A stretch of DNA of 64,000 nt from Candidatus Amesbacteria bacterium GW2011_GWB1_47_19 (GCA_001002325.1 LCNZ01000003.1:7484-71483), one strand, 5' to 3'; positions 17,786-27,486 are shown, counted from the stretch's first letter. Numbers and translations are program-made. Notes: generated by a model not told the origin, from the sequence alone.

Positions 17786-19747
17786 ATGTCCTGGCCCAAA
17801 AGACTGGTTGAATATTCCTTCATCACTCTTCTGGTCCTTGTCCCCCTGGTTTTAATCCCCTCCGCCTCAGAACTCTTCGAATTCCCCAAAATGCTCATCA
17901 CCTACCTGCTGACCGCCGCTATCGTCTGTGCCTGGGTCTGCCGCATTTTAGTCGAAAAACGGCTGATCTTCCGCCGCACTCTCCTGGATATCCCCATCCT
18001 GATATTTCTCCTCTCTCAATTCTCATCTCTGATTTTTTCCATCGATCCCCGCACTTCCTGGCTGGGTTACTACTCCCGCTTCAACGGCGGGTTTGTCTCC
18101 CTCCTGTCCTACGCTCTCCTGTATTGGGGATTTGTCTCCAATATGGACCGTAAATCCAGCCTCAAAGCTCTGCATTTTGCCATCGGAATCTCCGTACTGG
18201 TGGCCATTTACGGTTTTCTGGAGCATTTCGGCATCGACGACGAACTCTGGGTGCAGGATGTCGCCCACCGCGTATTCTCCACTCTAGGCCAACCCAACTG
18301 GCTGGCCGCCTACATTGTCGCCTTGATATGGCTGCCAATTTCCTGGGCTATTACCGAAAAAAAGTCATCCAGACTTATACTCTTTTACTCTTCCACTCTG
18401 CTACTCTATATTGTCCTCTTATTTACCAAAAGCAGATCCGGTCTGTTAGCCTTCGGCATCTCCTCCCTCGTTTTCTGGTCTATTTTAATCATAAAAAATT
18501 TCAGGCTTGAAAATTCATTGAAAATTAAAAATTTCAAATTACAAATTACTTCATTTATCTTTCTCTCACTCGCTCTTACCCTCATCATAAGTAATCCCGT
18601 TCGTGACATGGTTTTTTCGCGATTCAAAGTCAATCCGGCCCCGACAGTCCAGACTCCGGCTTCAGGCACTTCATTGGAAACCGGCGGTACGGAATCGGGG
18701 TCAATCCGAAAAATCGTCTGGACCGGCGCCCTGCGCATCTGGCGTTCCAGTGCCAAAACATTTTGGCTGGGCACCGGTCCTGAGACTTTTACCATGGGTT
18801 ATTACACCTATCGTCCTATCGAACACAATTACACCTCGGAATGGGAACTTTTATACAACAAAGCACACAATGAATTCCTAAACTATCTGGCCACCACCGG
18901 CATTTTGGGTCTCGGATCATACCTCATACTACTTGGCTCCATGTTGTGGGTGTTAATAAAGAATCTGAAATATCCAGCCTTGCTGGCAGGCTGGTTATCC
19001 ATTCCGGTTACCAACTTTTGGGGATTTTCTGTAGTTATCGTTCAGATTTTAATGTTTCTTCTTCCGGCTATTGCTATTATCTTAGCTTCCGCTGACCCGC
19101 CGCCTCCGCCCAAATTATCCACCCCTTCCTCATCCCGCATCTTTGCAATTTTGACAGTAATTTTTGTCTTTTTTTTCCTAGCTTTTTACATTTTCAAGTA
19201 TTTCGTCGCTGACCTCAAATACTCTTCCGGACAAAAAAACCTCCGGGCATTCACCATGACCCAGGAACCCCAATACCTGCTCAATTCCCTGGAGGACCTG
19301 AAATCGGCTTTTTCCCTCAACCGGAAGGACCCGCCGATTGCTTCGGATTATTCCAACGTCGCCGCCTACGTATCCATACTCATGCACGATTCAAATCCCC
19401 AGGGCTCCCAACAGCTTGCCAAATCCTCAGTTCTGGCCTCAGATCTGGCTATCAAAACCAGTCCCCGCCATCCCAATTACTACAAATCCCGTTCCCGGAC
19501 TATGATTATTCTCTCGACTTACGACGACAAACTGCTCGCCGAAGCCGACTCCGCCCTGGCCGGAGCAGCGGATATTTCCCCGACAGACCCGCGTATCCCG
19601 TTCAACCGGGGCACGATTGCCGTTTTCCGCCAGGATATACCGACCGCCATAGCATATTTCGAAGCCGCCCTCAAACTCAAACCGGATTACCACGACCCCA
19701 AAGTCAGACTTGCCGAAATCGCCACCATGTCCGCCACCCCCGAATAA
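17786..19747 (+). CDS. O-antigen ligase-like (Wzy_C) membrane protein with TPR tail
   Basis: STLGQPNWLAAY, TKSRSG, GTGPETF, KAHNEFL, C-terminal TPRs. Confidence 0.88.
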   Translation: MSWPKRLVEYSFITLLVLVPLVLIPSASELFEFPKMLITYLLTAAIVCAWVCRILVEKRLIFRRTLLDIPILIFLLSQFSSLIFSIDPRTSWLGYYSRFNGGFVSLLSYALLYWGFVSNMDRKSSLKALHFAIGISVLVAIYGFLEHFGIDDELWVQDVAHRVFSTLGQPNWLAAYIVALIWLPISWAITEKKSSRLILFYSSTLLLYIVLLFTKSRSGLLAFGISSLVFWSILIIKNFRLENSLKIKNFKLQITSFIFLSLALTLIISNPVRDMVFSRFKVNPAPTVQTPASGTSLETGGTESGSIRKIVWTGALRIWRSSAKTFWLGTGPETFTMGYYTYRPIEHNYTSEWELLYNKAHNEFLNYLATTGILGLGSYLILLGSMLWVLIKNLKYPALLAGWLSIPVTNFWGFSVVIVQILMFLLPAIAIILASADPPPPPKLSTPSSSRIFAILTVIFVFFFLAFYIFKYFVADLKYSSGQKNLRAFTMTQEPQYLLNSLEDLKSAFSLNRKDPPIASDYSNVAAYVSILMHDSNPQGSQQLAKSSVLASDLAIKTSPRHPNYYKSRSRTMIILSTYDDKLLAEADSALAGAADISPTDPRIPFNRGTIAVFRQDIPTAIAYFEAALKLKPDYHDPKVRLAEIATMSATPE

Positions 19748-20317
19748 TCACTTAAGCCTGCATAATTCGGCTGTCCCCCAAGGACTCCAGCCGTCCTGTC
19801 GCCACAACCATGAAGCCCATTCCAGATTGTTTTCAGGTACAAAATAAAATCTCCGGCACTCATCAAGTAATCCGGCAGGCGTACCATCCAATCCATCTTC
19901 ACATGAACTGACATCATATTTGCGTAATATCTTCCGTAGTCTATTTGCTGCTGGTAATCCGCTGTTTACGTAGTTTACCTCACTCTCCCCATCCATACCA
20001 TTTTTTTGAAACAATCCCCAGCTTTGCTCAACCCCTAGATTCCTCAAGTTTTCCGCCCCCTCATTACCCTTACTCTCCAACCCGCATATACAGGAGGCGT
20101 TACCCGCTTCGCTCCCGAAATACGGTTTCAAAGCTGCCGGTGCGCACCAGCCGGACGCTTCTGCGTTCGGTGCTGCAGAAATTCTTTGGTTATCCCACAT
20201 CGTCATACCTACCGCCCAACCGAATGCCAACACTCCCATAGCCACCACAAAAGACATCGTCCAACAACCCCCCCCTGATTCCTTATAATGGCGTCGATTC
20301 ACTTCATATCCGGACAT
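19748..20317 (-). CDS. lysozyme-like/SLT transglycosylase with N-terminal TM
   Basis: ESKG catalytic Glu, SWGLFQ, GWSPW. Confidence 0.7.
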   Translation of the reverse strand: MSGYEVNRRHYKESGGGCWTMSFVVAMGVLAFGWAVGMTMWDNQRISAAPNAEASGWCAPAALKPYFGSEAGNASCICGLESKGNEGAENLRNLGVEQSWGLFQKNGMDGESEVNYVNSGLPAANRLRKILRKYDVSSCEDGLDGTPAGLLDECRRFYFVPENNLEWASWLWRQDGWSPWGTAELCRLK

Positions 20318-20372
20318 ATCAATCCAGCAATTATACTACAGGACTAATCTTGATATTTGCTAAAATCTATCC

Positions 20373-21002
20373 ATGTCAAAAATAGTTACTGTTCCGGATC
20401 CCGTCCTGCGCCAGATGGCCAAACCTGTAGCAAAGGCTGACAAGAAACTGGTGGATATTGTCGCCGAGATGACTACAACCCTGCTGGCCGCCAAAAACCC
20501 CGAAGGTGTGGGACTGGCCGCCCCTCAGGTAGGTATTCCCCTGCGAATTTTCCTTATCCGCCCCAACCCCGAACTTCCGCCACAAGTCTTCATCAACCCG
20601 GAAATTATCAAATACTCCCAGCGTACGGTCAAACCCAACCGCAAAAGCGGCGTTTACGAAGGCTGCCTCTCCCTCCCCGGCCATTACTCGCCGGTCACCC
20701 GTTCCGCCTCCGTCACCGTTAAGTACCAAAAGTTGGTACAAAACTCAAAATCTAAATCTCAAAATTCAAATCAAACTCCAAATTCAAATTTGAAAATTGA
20801 AAAATTGGGTATTAATTCGGATATAGAAATTAGTAATTTGAAATTAACCGAAAAAATCGAGGTTTTTACGGGTTTCCCTGCCCATATTATCCAGCACGAA
20901 ATGGATCACCTGAATGGCATCCTCTTTATTGACCGGGTTCTGGAGCAAAATGCCAAACTTTACCGGGTCGAAGGTGACGATTGGCGGGAAATCAGTCTCT
21001 GA
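20373..21002 (+). CDS. def: peptide deformylase with low-complexity insertion
   Basis: GVGLAAPQVG, EGCLS, QHEMDHLNG. Confidence 0.96.
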   Translation: MSKIVTVPDPVLRQMAKPVAKADKKLVDIVAEMTTTLLAAKNPEGVGLAAPQVGIPLRIFLIRPNPELPPQVFINPEIIKYSQRTVKPNRKSGVYEGCLSLPGHYSPVTRSASVTVKYQKLVQNSKSKSQNSNQTPNSNLKIEKLGINSDIEISNLKLTEKIEVFTGFPAHIIQHEMDHLNGILFIDRVLEQNAKLYRVEGDDWREISL

Positions 21003-21371
21003 TTAGTCCGGCTTGTTCACCCAACTATTAGGATCCAGCCCCTCATTCTCTCTTTTTCTGGCTCTTCTCCGGTGTTCACGTGGCCTATCGCCATATAACA
21101 TTTCTTCTCCCACGCTTCCCTTCCAACGATGTTTCAATCGGCGCTTTACCAACAAACCGGTTCCGGTTATAGCCCCTATAGCTAATAGCCCTACACAACA
21201 CTGAATACCCAACTGCTCCGCTTTTTGCCCCACCGCCTCCCAATCAGTTGAAAAAAATTTCGCCAATCCCAATAAAGCTATGGTGGCTCCTGTCGCAAGC
21301 AAGCAACTAACCCTCATTTCCTTCCACGTCTTCATCAGCCAATTATATACTACAAGATATCCATTTTCCAC
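21003..21371 (-). CDS. small membrane protein
   Basis: two TM segments, basic tail; start uncertain. Confidence 0.5.
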   Translation of the reverse strand: MENGYLVVYNWLMKTWKEMRVSCLLATGATIALLGLAKFFSTDWEAVGQKAEQLGIQCCVGLLAIGAITGTGLLVKRRLKHRWKGSVGEEMLYGDRPREHRRRARKRENEGLDPNSWVNKPD

Positions 21372-21415
21372 TTCAACTATTGACTATAGGACCACCACCA
21401 TACTAAAATCCCCCC

Positions 21416-21889
21416 ATGTCTGCAGAAATGGACGCGATTTTAACTTCACTATATTTTGTGGTTACTCCCGTCGTCACAGGTGCACTCAATGCCTACCAAA
21501 CAAGAGCCAGATCAATGAACGAGCTCAACGACCAAACCGTGGGTGCAAAAGAAGAAGCTGATGACGCTTATAAAATACAATCTAGTCCTAGACTCGGAAC
21601 CTACAACCGTAGAATGGCTTATGACAAATATCAAGAAAAACAGAGAGAGTATTTAAGAATGCGTAACGAAATAGCCGGAGAAATCGGATTACCGTTTAAT
21701 TACATAAAAGAATTTTTCTCCACCGCTATTACGGCATCAGCAGCCATATTTCTTATTGATCGCGTTATTCAACAACTGGGTCAACCGGATACAGGTGGTT
21801 CCGAACTCGCCCAACAAATAAAACTTGGAGCTCTGATTGTTTCAGCCACTTTTCTTGCAGGCAAAACAATTTACGACTTCTTCACCTGA
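21416..21889 (+). CDS. hypothetical membrane protein
   Basis: 157-aa ATG ORF with hydrophobic segments. Confidence 0.6.
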   Translation: MSAEMDAILTSLYFVVTPVVTGALNAYQTRARSMNELNDQTVGAKEEADDAYKIQSSPRLGTYNRRMAYDKYQEKQREYLRMRNEIAGEIGLPFNYIKEFFSTAITASAAIFLIDRVIQQLGQPDTGGSELAQQIKLGALIVSATFLAGKTIYDFFT

Positions 21890-22208
21890 GATAATTTCTT
21901 TTTTTTCTATTATTCCTTTCCCTCCTCAGCGCATCAGTTACCAGCCCTAACACCTCGCCTTCTCCCAATACCCTTCGGGCATCACCTACAGAGATCGGTT
22001 GCCCCGTACCACCCCCGATAGCAACCTCCGTCCCCTCCGGGGTCAGCACCACCCTCGCCTTAACTCTCTTTCTTATCCGGGCTTTTCCGCTTCCTACCGT
22101 CACAGCTTGTTCCATATTTCCCTCAACCTGCCCCTGTTCCATTATTCCATCAACATTCCCCTGCATGCCCACAGCCTGAATATACTCTTCATGTTCTCTT
22201 CCCATCAC
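21882..22208 (-). CDS. hypothetical protein
   Basis: 108-aa ORF filling the gap before fmt. Confidence 0.5.
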   Translation of the reverse strand: MMGREHEEYIQAVGMQGNVDGIMEQGQVEGNMEQAVTVGSGKARIRKRVKARVVLTPEGTEVAIGGGTGQPISVGDARRVLGEGEVLGLVTDALRRERNNRKKRNYLR

Positions 22209-22221
22209 TTATAATTCTAAT

Positions 22222-23052
22222 ATGCCAATGCAAATCGTCTTCTTCGGTTCCTTTCAGGAGTACTCAGTCATCGTCCTGGAAAAACTCCTAATTACTAATC
22301 ACTATAACCTAGTCACTGTCGTAACTACCCCTCCCGCCCCCGCCGGCCGCCATCTGCAGCTCAAACCTACCGCCGTCCAGCTCTTTGCCGAAAAACACAA
22401 CATTCCCGTCTTTACCCCCGAAAATTTGGGAAAACCGCCTCCTTTTTCGCCGGACTTTGTGGTCGTGGCCGGCTACGCCAAACTGCTTCCCCCCACCTGG
22501 CTGGACCTTCCCAAAATCATGGCCGTCAACCTCCATCCTTCACTTCTCCCGGCTTACCGTGGCCCCAACCCGGCGGAATGGGCGATTTTAAACGGCGAAA
22601 CCGAAACCGGCGTTACCCTCATCAAAATGTCTGCCCAATTTGACACCGGAGAAATTCTGACTCAAAAATCCCTATCCATAGATCCGCACGATACCCGCTT
22701 GTCTCTATATAACAAACTATATCACATAGGTGCTGGCTTACTGGTCGAAACCCTACCCCAAATCGCCTCCGGTGAAATCGTTCCCGTTTCTCAAATCTCA
22801 TCACTCAATTCTCATCTCCCCTACGCCCGTCGTATCACCCGCCGGGATGGTTTTGTTGAATTTGAAAAATTTAAAAATTTTTTGGAGCTTGGTGCTTATG
22901 AATTGGAAATTACCAGAAAGCTGAAGGCTTTTGCAGGCTGGCCCGGAGTCTGGACCATCAATCCGACCGGCAAGCGCATTAAACTCGTATCATTGGAACC
23001 ACTCCTAATCCAAGTGGAAGGCAAAAAAGCCACTTCACCATCCGGTATGTAG
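22222..23052 (+). CDS. fmt: methionyl-tRNA formyltransferase
   Basis: IVFFGS, NLHPSLLPAYRGP, ETGVT, DTGEI. Confidence 0.94.
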   Translation: MPMQIVFFGSFQEYSVIVLEKLLITNHYNLVTVVTTPPAPAGRHLQLKPTAVQLFAEKHNIPVFTPENLGKPPPFSPDFVVVAGYAKLLPPTWLDLPKIMAVNLHPSLLPAYRGPNPAEWAILNGETETGVTLIKMSAQFDTGEILTQKSLSIDPHDTRLSLYNKLYHIGAGLLVETLPQIASGEIVPVSQISSLNSHLPYARRITRRDGFVEFEKFKNFLELGAYELEITRKLKAFAGWPGVWTINPTGKRIKLVSLEPLLIQVEGKKATSPSGM

Positions 23053-23253
23053 TTTCTTGTCTCCTGCCGCGGGATTGTCTGTTCTGGAAAACAGATGTCC
23101 CTGATTAATTCTTGCCCTTACCTCCGCAGGTAACAGGTGCTGATCCCTGGCGTTCAAATCTGAATCAGGTACTCCCGCACATCCACCACGACATTTTTTG
23201 CATAATCTGTACCTGAACAGCAAACATTCGTTGTATGGAACACCACCCATATC

Positions 23254-23514
23254 TCAAACAGTCGTAATTGTTGAAGTATTTGTATCCGCCAGCTTACTCC
23301 GTTTGGACTTCAACTTTCTCAGGCATTTTGTACACAATCTCAACTTCACCCATTCTCCCTTAATATCAATTCTGGCCACATGCAAATTTGGTTTGAACAC
23401 TTTCCGGGTATGAGGAGCCCGTTTCTTCCATCTGCCTCCGGCCACGCCCCGCCTGTGGGAATGGGTCTCCCCGTACTGTACTCCCCGGCCGCAATAATCA
23501 CACGCATATGCCAT
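23254..23514 (-). CDS. rpmB: 50S ribosomal protein L28
   Basis: CDYCG...SH...TRKVFKPNLH...CTKCLR. Confidence 0.93.
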   Translation of the reverse strand: MAYACDYCGRGVQYGETHSHRRGVAGGRWKKRAPHTRKVFKPNLHVARIDIKGEWVKLRLCTKCLRKLKSKRSKLADTNTSTITTV

Positions 23515-23531
23515 AATGGTAGAATTCTACC

Positions 23532-24146
23532 ATGCTCAACCTGCTTTTTGCCAACCCGCCTGCGTTTATAATCATCTTCGGCGGCCTGATCCTGGCCATC
23601 GGTATTCACGAAGCCGCTCACGCCTTCACGGCTGATTATCTGGGTGACCCTACTCCCCGCTCTTTGGGACGCACTACTCTGAATCCTCTGGCTCACCTCG
23701 ATCCGTTGGGCACTCTGGTCATTCTCGTTACCGGTTATTTCGGCTGGGGCAAACCCGCCCCCTTTGACCCCTACAACCTCCGAGACCCCCGTCGGGACAC
23801 CGCTCTTATCGCCCTGGCCGGTCCGGCCAGTAATTTCGTTATGGCCGTCATCCTATCCCTTATCTCTCGTCTCTCATTTCCCAATGCCCAAGTTGCCACC
23901 ATCATCACTACCCTAATCATCCTCAACGTTAATTTAGCTTTATTTAACCTCCTGCCAGTTCCACCACTGGACGGATCCAAAATTGCCGGTTTATTCATGT
24001 CTCACGAGCAGGCGGTCCGCTTCCGCAGTCAAACCAATCCCCTGCTTCTCCTGCTACTCATCCTCCCCATCATCGGCGGGGCATCCCTCGCTTACCTCAT
24101 CATTTTCCCCGTCTCCCGGATATTTTTGGGATTTCTGCTACCCTAA
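23532..24146 (+). CDS. site-2 protease family (M50) protein
   Basis: HEAAH, TLNPLAHLD, GWGKP, NLLPVPPLDG. Confidence 0.92.
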   Translation: MLNLLFANPPAFIIIFGGLILAIGIHEAAHAFTADYLGDPTPRSLGRTTLNPLAHLDPLGTLVILVTGYFGWGKPAPFDPYNLRDPRRDTALIALAGPASNFVMAVILSLISRLSFPNAQVATIITTLIILNVNLALFNLLPVPPLDGSKIAGLFMSHEQAVRFRSQTNPLLLLLLILPIIGGASLAYLIIFPVSRIFLGFLLP

Positions 24147-24175
24147 GCCAGCAACCTTTCAAAAAAACATCCTGC

Positions 24176-24907
24176 TCATCTCCCCCGTCTCCAGAAACCC
24201 TTTTTTTTGCCCCTCTCCTCAACTACACTTTCGTCAGACCCGCGACCCACTTGTGAATCCCGATCACCCTCTAATAATTTTAACGCTGCTTGCAAACCCT
24301 GACCTTGGGCTCGGGCTGCCTTTTCTAGATCTACTTTACCCTGTCGTTCCAACAACTTTCTCCTGACCCGACCTCCTCTTTTCCTGTCCCCCATCACTTT
24401 TTTAGCCAAACCCGGAACCTGCTGCACAATATCAACCACCGTATCAGGTTTTAGCCCCAGTGCCCCAGCATACTTCCAAACTTCTTCGACGATATCCACA
24501 GGACCCATAACCTTAATCCTGGTTCTTTTTATGGTCTGAATTTGCGCCAACATTTTCGGATTAATTCCGTCGGTCATTTCCAACCTAGCCAAAAATTCAG
24601 CACCAAGCCTGTCTTTCACCTTCAAATCCTTAACTACTGCCTCTACATATCGATTCTTGGCGCCCTCATTTTTCAATTGAAAACCCGTCTGCCGTTTTTC
24701 CAGAGCAATCTCGTCGTCCAACCTATTTTGTGCTGCCGTCGTGCGATCCCTCATAGCTTGTCTGGCTGCTCTTTCTCTTCTGGTCTTACTTCTTCGAACA
24801 GGCGCATGTTCAGGCTTACTCAACTGCTCAGCAGCTTTTCTCACAATTTCTTCAGCAGTAGGAATCGGATCTCGCCTTCTGGTTAGTCTTTCAAAAATAT
24901 TAGACAT
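24176..24907 (-). CDS. hypothetical basic helical protein
   Basis: 243-aa ATG ORF, no motif recognised. Confidence 0.65.
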   Translation of the reverse strand: MSNIFERLTRRRDPIPTAEEIVRKAAEQLSKPEHAPVRRSKTRRERAARQAMRDRTTAAQNRLDDEIALEKRQTGFQLKNEGAKNRYVEAVVKDLKVKDRLGAEFLARLEMTDGINPKMLAQIQTIKRTRIKVMGPVDIVEEVWKYAGALGLKPDTVVDIVQQVPGLAKKVMGDRKRGGRVRRKLLERQGKVDLEKAARAQGQGLQAALKLLEGDRDSQVGRGSDESVVEERGKKKGFWRRGR

Positions 24908-24968
24908 ATCAATGTATCCTATAATACTATACCTCTTTTGCTATTGCAATATTTTGTATAATTAACTT

Positions 24969-25147
24969 GTCCTGCCGAGAAGGATTGTGGAGGACATTTT
25001 CCTCGACTATTTTCTCTGTGTCGGGCTTGCTTAAATTCAATTCAGTCCTGTACTGAATTGAAAGTGCGCAGGCAGTCAAATGCTTGTACCGGCTCGCCCA
25101 CCTATAAGACACTTGGGGAAAACCCTCTGCATCCTGATCGGTGGGAT
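24969..25147 (+). ncRNA. probable 6S RNA (long rod-shaped RNA)
   Basis: about 180 nt; nested pairings GTCCTGCCGA/TCGGTGGGAT, AGGAT/ATCCT, TGTGGAGG/CCTCTGCA, GTGTC/GACAC, TTCAATTCAGT/ACTGAATTGAA; TATAAT at 24957-24962. Confidence 0.55.
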
Positions 25148-25171
25148 ATTTTTTGTTAAAATCACCCTGCT

Positions 25172-25243
25172 GCCACCCTAGCTCAATGGTAGAGCACCTG
25201 TTTTGTAAACAGGCGGTTCGGGGTTCGATCCCCCGGGGTGGCT
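25172..25243 (+). tRNA. tRNA-Thr(TGT)
   Basis: acceptor GCCACCC/GGGTGGC, anticodon arm CCTGT-TT TGT AA-ACAGG, GTTCGA. Confidence 0.96.
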
Positions 25244-25269
25244 CAAAAATGTTATAAAATATGTCTCAG

Positions 25270-25352
25270 GCCGGGATACTCAAGCGGTCAACGAGGTCGG
25301 TCTGTAAAACCGATGCCATTTGGCTCCGTAGGTTCGAATCCTGCTCCCGGCA
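25270..25352 (+). tRNA. tRNA-Tyr(GTA)
   Basis: acceptor GCCGGGA/TCCCGGC, TCGGT-CT GTA AA-ACCGA, long variable arm. Confidence 0.96.
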
Positions 25353-25394
25353 CAATATTTGTAAATTGGTCGTTGATCATTGATAATCAAATCC

Positions 25395-25742
25395 ATGGCC
25401 TTCAGTTTTCAAAACCAGGTCACTTACGAACAGCTGCTTATTTTTGCCAAGGACATCTTCGCCTTCACCGGAAAATTACCCAGCTACGAATCCAACGGCC
25501 TGATTCTTAGGATACGGAACCTGGCCTCTTCACTGCTCCAGGAATACGCTCTCGGTTCCACCCGGGTTTCCAAGGTCAATTTTTCTCAAGCCGTGGAAAA
25601 ATGTATTGTCTTGGTAGCTCAGATTGTTTCCCTTTCCGACCTTTGTGTGCATTTGGGTTACGCTACCCTTACTGCCCAGCGTTCCCTGATTCTTTCCGCC
25701 GAGGATATCACCAAACGGCTCTACCAGCTCCGCAAGCCATAA
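25395..25742 (+). CDS. divergent four-helix-bundle protein (23S rRNA IVP-like family)
   Basis: F.FQN..TY...FT.KLP..E..GL..RIR..ASS....YALG..R pattern and LGY; typical family size. Confidence 0.7.
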   Translation: MAFSFQNQVTYEQLLIFAKDIFAFTGKLPSYESNGLILRIRNLASSLLQEYALGSTRVSKVNFSQAVEKCIVLVAQIVSLSDLCVHLGYATLTAQRSLILSAEDITKRLYQLRKP

Positions 25743-25787
25743 ATAACCATTTCCCTCCTGCATTTTTTTGTTAGAATCAAAACGTTT

Positions 25788-25859
25788 GCCTGGGTAGTTC
25801 AGTGGCAGAACGCATTCTTGGTAAGAATGAAGTCGGGAGTCCGATTCTCCCCCCAGGCT
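25788..25859 (+). tRNA. tRNA-Thr(GGT)
   Basis: acceptor GCCTGGG/CCCAGGC, CATTC-TT GGT AA-GAATG; T-loop variant GTCCGA. Confidence 0.93.
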
Positions 25860-25865
25860 CAATCA

Positions 25866-27080
25866 TTATCTCGCATCATACATCGTCCGCACAAACTCCT
25901 TCACCGAAGTTGTCCCTTCATCTACCATCCTCAATCCCTCCGCTGTCAAACCCCGGAAACCCCGCAGTGACAGCTCCTGTTTAAATTCCGTCTCACCCGC
26001 CCCCGTAAACACCAGCGACCGAACCGTATCATCCAATTCCAGCATCTCAAATATCCCTACTCTTCCGTGATATCTGGTCTTATTGCACAATTCACAACCC
26101 CGGCCGTGTATCAGTTGTCCCGGACCGGATCCTTTCTCCTTTACGTAAATTTCTACATCCTCGGGAGTCGGTGTGTAAATTTCTTTGCAGTGATCACATA
26201 CCCGCCGCATCAAACGCTGGGAAACAATTGCCCGCAGGGCATAGTTGACCATATATTTATCCACTCCCAAATCAACCAGCCGGTACAAAGCCCCCACACT
26301 GTTTCGGCCGTGAATTGTGGAAATCACCAGGTGCCCGGTAAGCGACGCCTGGATGGCAATTTTGGCCGTGGCTGCATCCCGGATCTCTCCCACGAAAATG
26401 ACATCCGGGTTCAGCCGCAATATTGTCCGCAGTCCGGACACAAAGTCCAATCCTACTTCCTCCCCCACTTCTATCTGGTTTATCCCAGGCACCACGTATT
26501 CTATCGGATCTTCCAAAGTCATGATATTCACTTCCCCGCTGTTAAGATACCTGAGGCACGAGTGCACAGTGGTCGTTTTTCCCGACCCTGTCGGCCCGCA
26601 CACCAGAAACAAGCCATACCTCCCGGAGATATTTCTTTTTATTTTTTCAGCCATCTCCGTCCACATCCCTAGCTGGGAAAAATCCGAAAAATCAGGCATG
26701 TCCAGCACCCTTAGCGCCGCCATCTGGCCGAAATTGGTGGACACCACTGCCGCCCGCAGGACATATGGTCTTCCGTCCACCTCAAATCTTATTTTGCTCT
26801 CCTGGGGTTTCCGGTTTTCCGTCACGTCCATATTTCCCAGCACTTTTACTCTGGACAATACCTGGTCATAAGAACCAAACGGCATCACCCCGAACGACTG
26901 CAATACTCCGTCTACCCGCATCCGGACCAAAACTTCCTTCTCCTGAGGTTCCAGCAAAATATCCGAAGCATTCAACCGCACTGCCTGGCTGATTACCTGA
27001 TCAACTATCTCAACGGGAGAGGACATGCCGGATAGGGAAAACAAAGTAGACCCTCCGGGGGCAGACTCGGACATAAGCAT
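25866..27080 (-). CDS. GspE/PilB family secretion ATPase
   Basis: ASDI, RVDGVL, GPTGSGKTT, TLEDPIE, GEIRD, TGHLV, CxxC...CxxC. Confidence 0.93.
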   Translation of the reverse strand: MLMSESAPGGSTLFSLSGMSSPVEIVDQVISQAVRLNASDILLEPQEKEVLVRMRVDGVLQSFGVMPFGSYDQVLSRVKVLGNMDVTENRKPQESKIRFEVDGRPYVLRAAVVSTNFGQMAALRVLDMPDFSDFSQLGMWTEMAEKIKRNISGRYGLFLVCGPTGSGKTTTVHSCLRYLNSGEVNIMTLEDPIEYVVPGINQIEVGEEVGLDFVSGLRTILRLNPDVIFVGEIRDAATAKIAIQASLTGHLVISTIHGRNSVGALYRLVDLGVDKYMVNYALRAIVSQRLMRRVCDHCKEIYTPTPEDVEIYVKEKGSGPGQLIHGRGCELCNKTRYHGRVGIFEMLELDDTVRSLVFTGAGETEFKQELSLRGFRGLTAEGLRMVDEGTTSVKEFVRTMYDAR

Positions 27081-27139
27081 ATTGTCTTCCGACTTTACAA
27101 AGGAGTCAACAGTAGATAGAGTATAAGAATAATTGAAAG

Positions 27140-27412
27140 GTGGTGATTATATTGGACCCCCAAGTGCAAGCAAATCTTACCTGTGATCACTGTGGCGAAG
27201 TCACCCTGGCAGACGGTTCCAAAGTCTGGGTCTGCAAAAGTTGCGGCCAGCCGAATGAACCATTAATGGCCCCGGCAGAAACGGCTGCAGTCCCGGTGGA
27301 AACTCCAGCCATGCCCCAGATCCCGCCCATGCCGCAGATGCCTCCTATGGAACCGGTTGTCCCGGCAGAACCCGTGGCTGCTCCGGGAATTGATACGACC
27401 AAAGGCGTATAA
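27140..27412 (+). CDS. zinc-ribbon protein with Pro/Ala-rich tail
   Basis: CDHCG...WVCKSCG; start codon uncertain. Confidence 0.6.
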   Translation: MVIILDPQVQANLTCDHCGEVTLADGSKVWVCKSCGQPNEPLMAPAETAAVPVETPAMPQIPPMPQMPPMEPVVPAEPVAAPGIDTTKGV

Positions 27413-27432
27413 ACCGGATTACTTAGACTCTA

Positions 27433-27467
27433 AAACACTCCCTTTGCACCTTGCACGGGAGTGTTTT
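27433..27467 (+). terminator. stem-loop, probable terminator
   Basis: AAACACTCCC...GGGAGTGTTTT inverted repeat. Confidence 0.5.
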
Positions 27468-27486
27468 CTCCCGTAAAATTCCGTGT

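Noticed and set aside
24927-25510. ORFs 24927-25112 and 25238-25510 from the track
   Set aside because: They overlap the structured RNA and tRNA-Tyr and have no protein features.
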